Shown piece by piece: positions 16,340 through 16,880 of a DNA stretch of 16,880 bases (position 1 is the first letter of the stretch; the number at the start of each line of letters is the position of its first letter). Under the pieces are notes generated by a model. It searched no databases. It saw only the letters and a list, made by a program, of their open reading frames with translations, and was not told the origin of the DNA. Origin of the DNA: an uncultured Deinococcales bacterium (GTDB taxonomy: Bacteria > Deinococcota > Deinococci > Deinococcales > JAAFIG01); the NCBI GenBank assembly GCA_964244895.1, contig CAXTKV010000113.1, positions 1 to 16,880 of the forward strand. Direction: 5' to 3'. The translations under genes and the position numbers were made by a program.

Positions 16340-16786
16340 TTACTCCTTCGATTTCTTGAGTCGCGGATTCGGGTTGCTCCCGACGAGCGCACCCAGTGGT
16401 GTCGATGTTTGCACTGGCCTGGTTCGAGGTCTGGATTGTGCCAGACGACGATTGATGGATTCCTCGTCTGGCACGATCAGCGGCAGGCAGCGTTTTTCGC
16501 GCTCCATGATGTAACGGTCACCGGCGGTCAGCCACGACAGCAAATGGTAGAACGCGCGTCCAGGGAAAAAGCGTTTGATCGTGCTGATGATTTTCAAAAG
16601 CAGCAGTCCAGTTGCGCCCGCTGCTGGAAACGGCAGAACAGAAGGCAGGAACGATTGGAACCACTGCAACGACACCACCGTGCCGATACCGACGACACCA
16701 AAAGCCCACAACTCCACACCCATCAAGGTGAAGGGGACGCTGAGCCTGAAAACGCGCATTCGAAGCACTGACTTCACCCCTGTCAA
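16340..16786 (-). CDS. VirB3/PrgI-like small membrane protein
   Basis: PFTLMGVE followed by two TM segments and a basic tail; ends 3 bp before virB4. Start uncertain (TTG 16786 or ATG 16759). Confidence 0.6.
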   Translation of the reverse strand: MTGVKSVLRMRVFRLSVPFTLMGVELWAFGVVGIGTVVSLQWFQSFLPSVLPFPAAGATGLLLLKIISTIKRFFPGRAFYHLLSWLTAGDRYIMEREKRCLPLIVPDEESINRRLAQSRPRTRPVQTSTPLGALVGSNPNPRLKKSKE

Positions 16787-16806
16787 TCAGAGAGATGCTC
16801 AGATGG

Positions 16807-16880
16807 TTACGGCGTGGGGTTGTTACCTGCTGCTGCAGTGCAGTCGCCAGTCACGGCAGCGCCACCATCGGTCACCAGAC
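16807..16880 (-). CDS. C-terminal fragment of an upstream gene (possibly VirB2-like pilin by position)
   Basis: Open frame ...LVTDGGAAVTGDCTAAAGNNPTP* ending at TAA 16809-16807. Identity inferred only from the usual virB2-B3-B4 order. Confidence 0.35.
   Translation of the reverse strand, partial: LVTDGGAAVTGDCTAAAGNNPTP

Larger units (their letters stand above)
8417..16880 (-). mobile_element. Conjugation-type T4SS module (plasmid, chromid or ICE; boundaries not visible)
   Basis: Co-oriented virB3-like, virB4, virB5-like, virB6-like and virD4. No relaxase, integrase or att site recognised in the window. Confidence 0.7.

Overview
High-GC bacterial DNA with two converging blocks. LEFT (1-6387): a sugar-utilisation locus. 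A minus-strand Cof-type HAD phosphatase, RbsA-like ABC ATPase and RbsC-like permease (cut by the window edge) run divergently from a DeoR regulator and a PfkB-family kinase. A ~1.2 kb AT-richer stretch carrying an orphan membrane-protein gene sits between the two promoters. RIGHT (6581-16880, all minus strand): a compact type IV secretion/conjugation module (possible pilin C-terminus, VirB3-like, VirB4, VirB5/TrbJ-like, VirB6/TrbL-like, VirD4-like coupling protein), followed by an intact exported Cu/Zn SOD and an unusual protein with an apparently dead class III nucleotidyl-cyclase fold fused to two cold-shock (OB) domains. Notable signals: a non-palindromic 12-mer (GTGCTGGACGGT) recurring as inverted pairs in three intergenic regions and in frame inside a gene, an uptake-sequence-like pattern; strong over-representation of CTCGAG; an AT-rich VirB5/VirB6 block that looks swapped in; a PfkB with GAGE instead of the catalytic GAGD; and a 30-bp promoter/operator box shared by the two divergent sugar promoters. 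No relaxase, integrase, VirB8/9/10/11, RNA gene or CRISPR array was recognised. All calls come from motif reading by eye; no searches were run.
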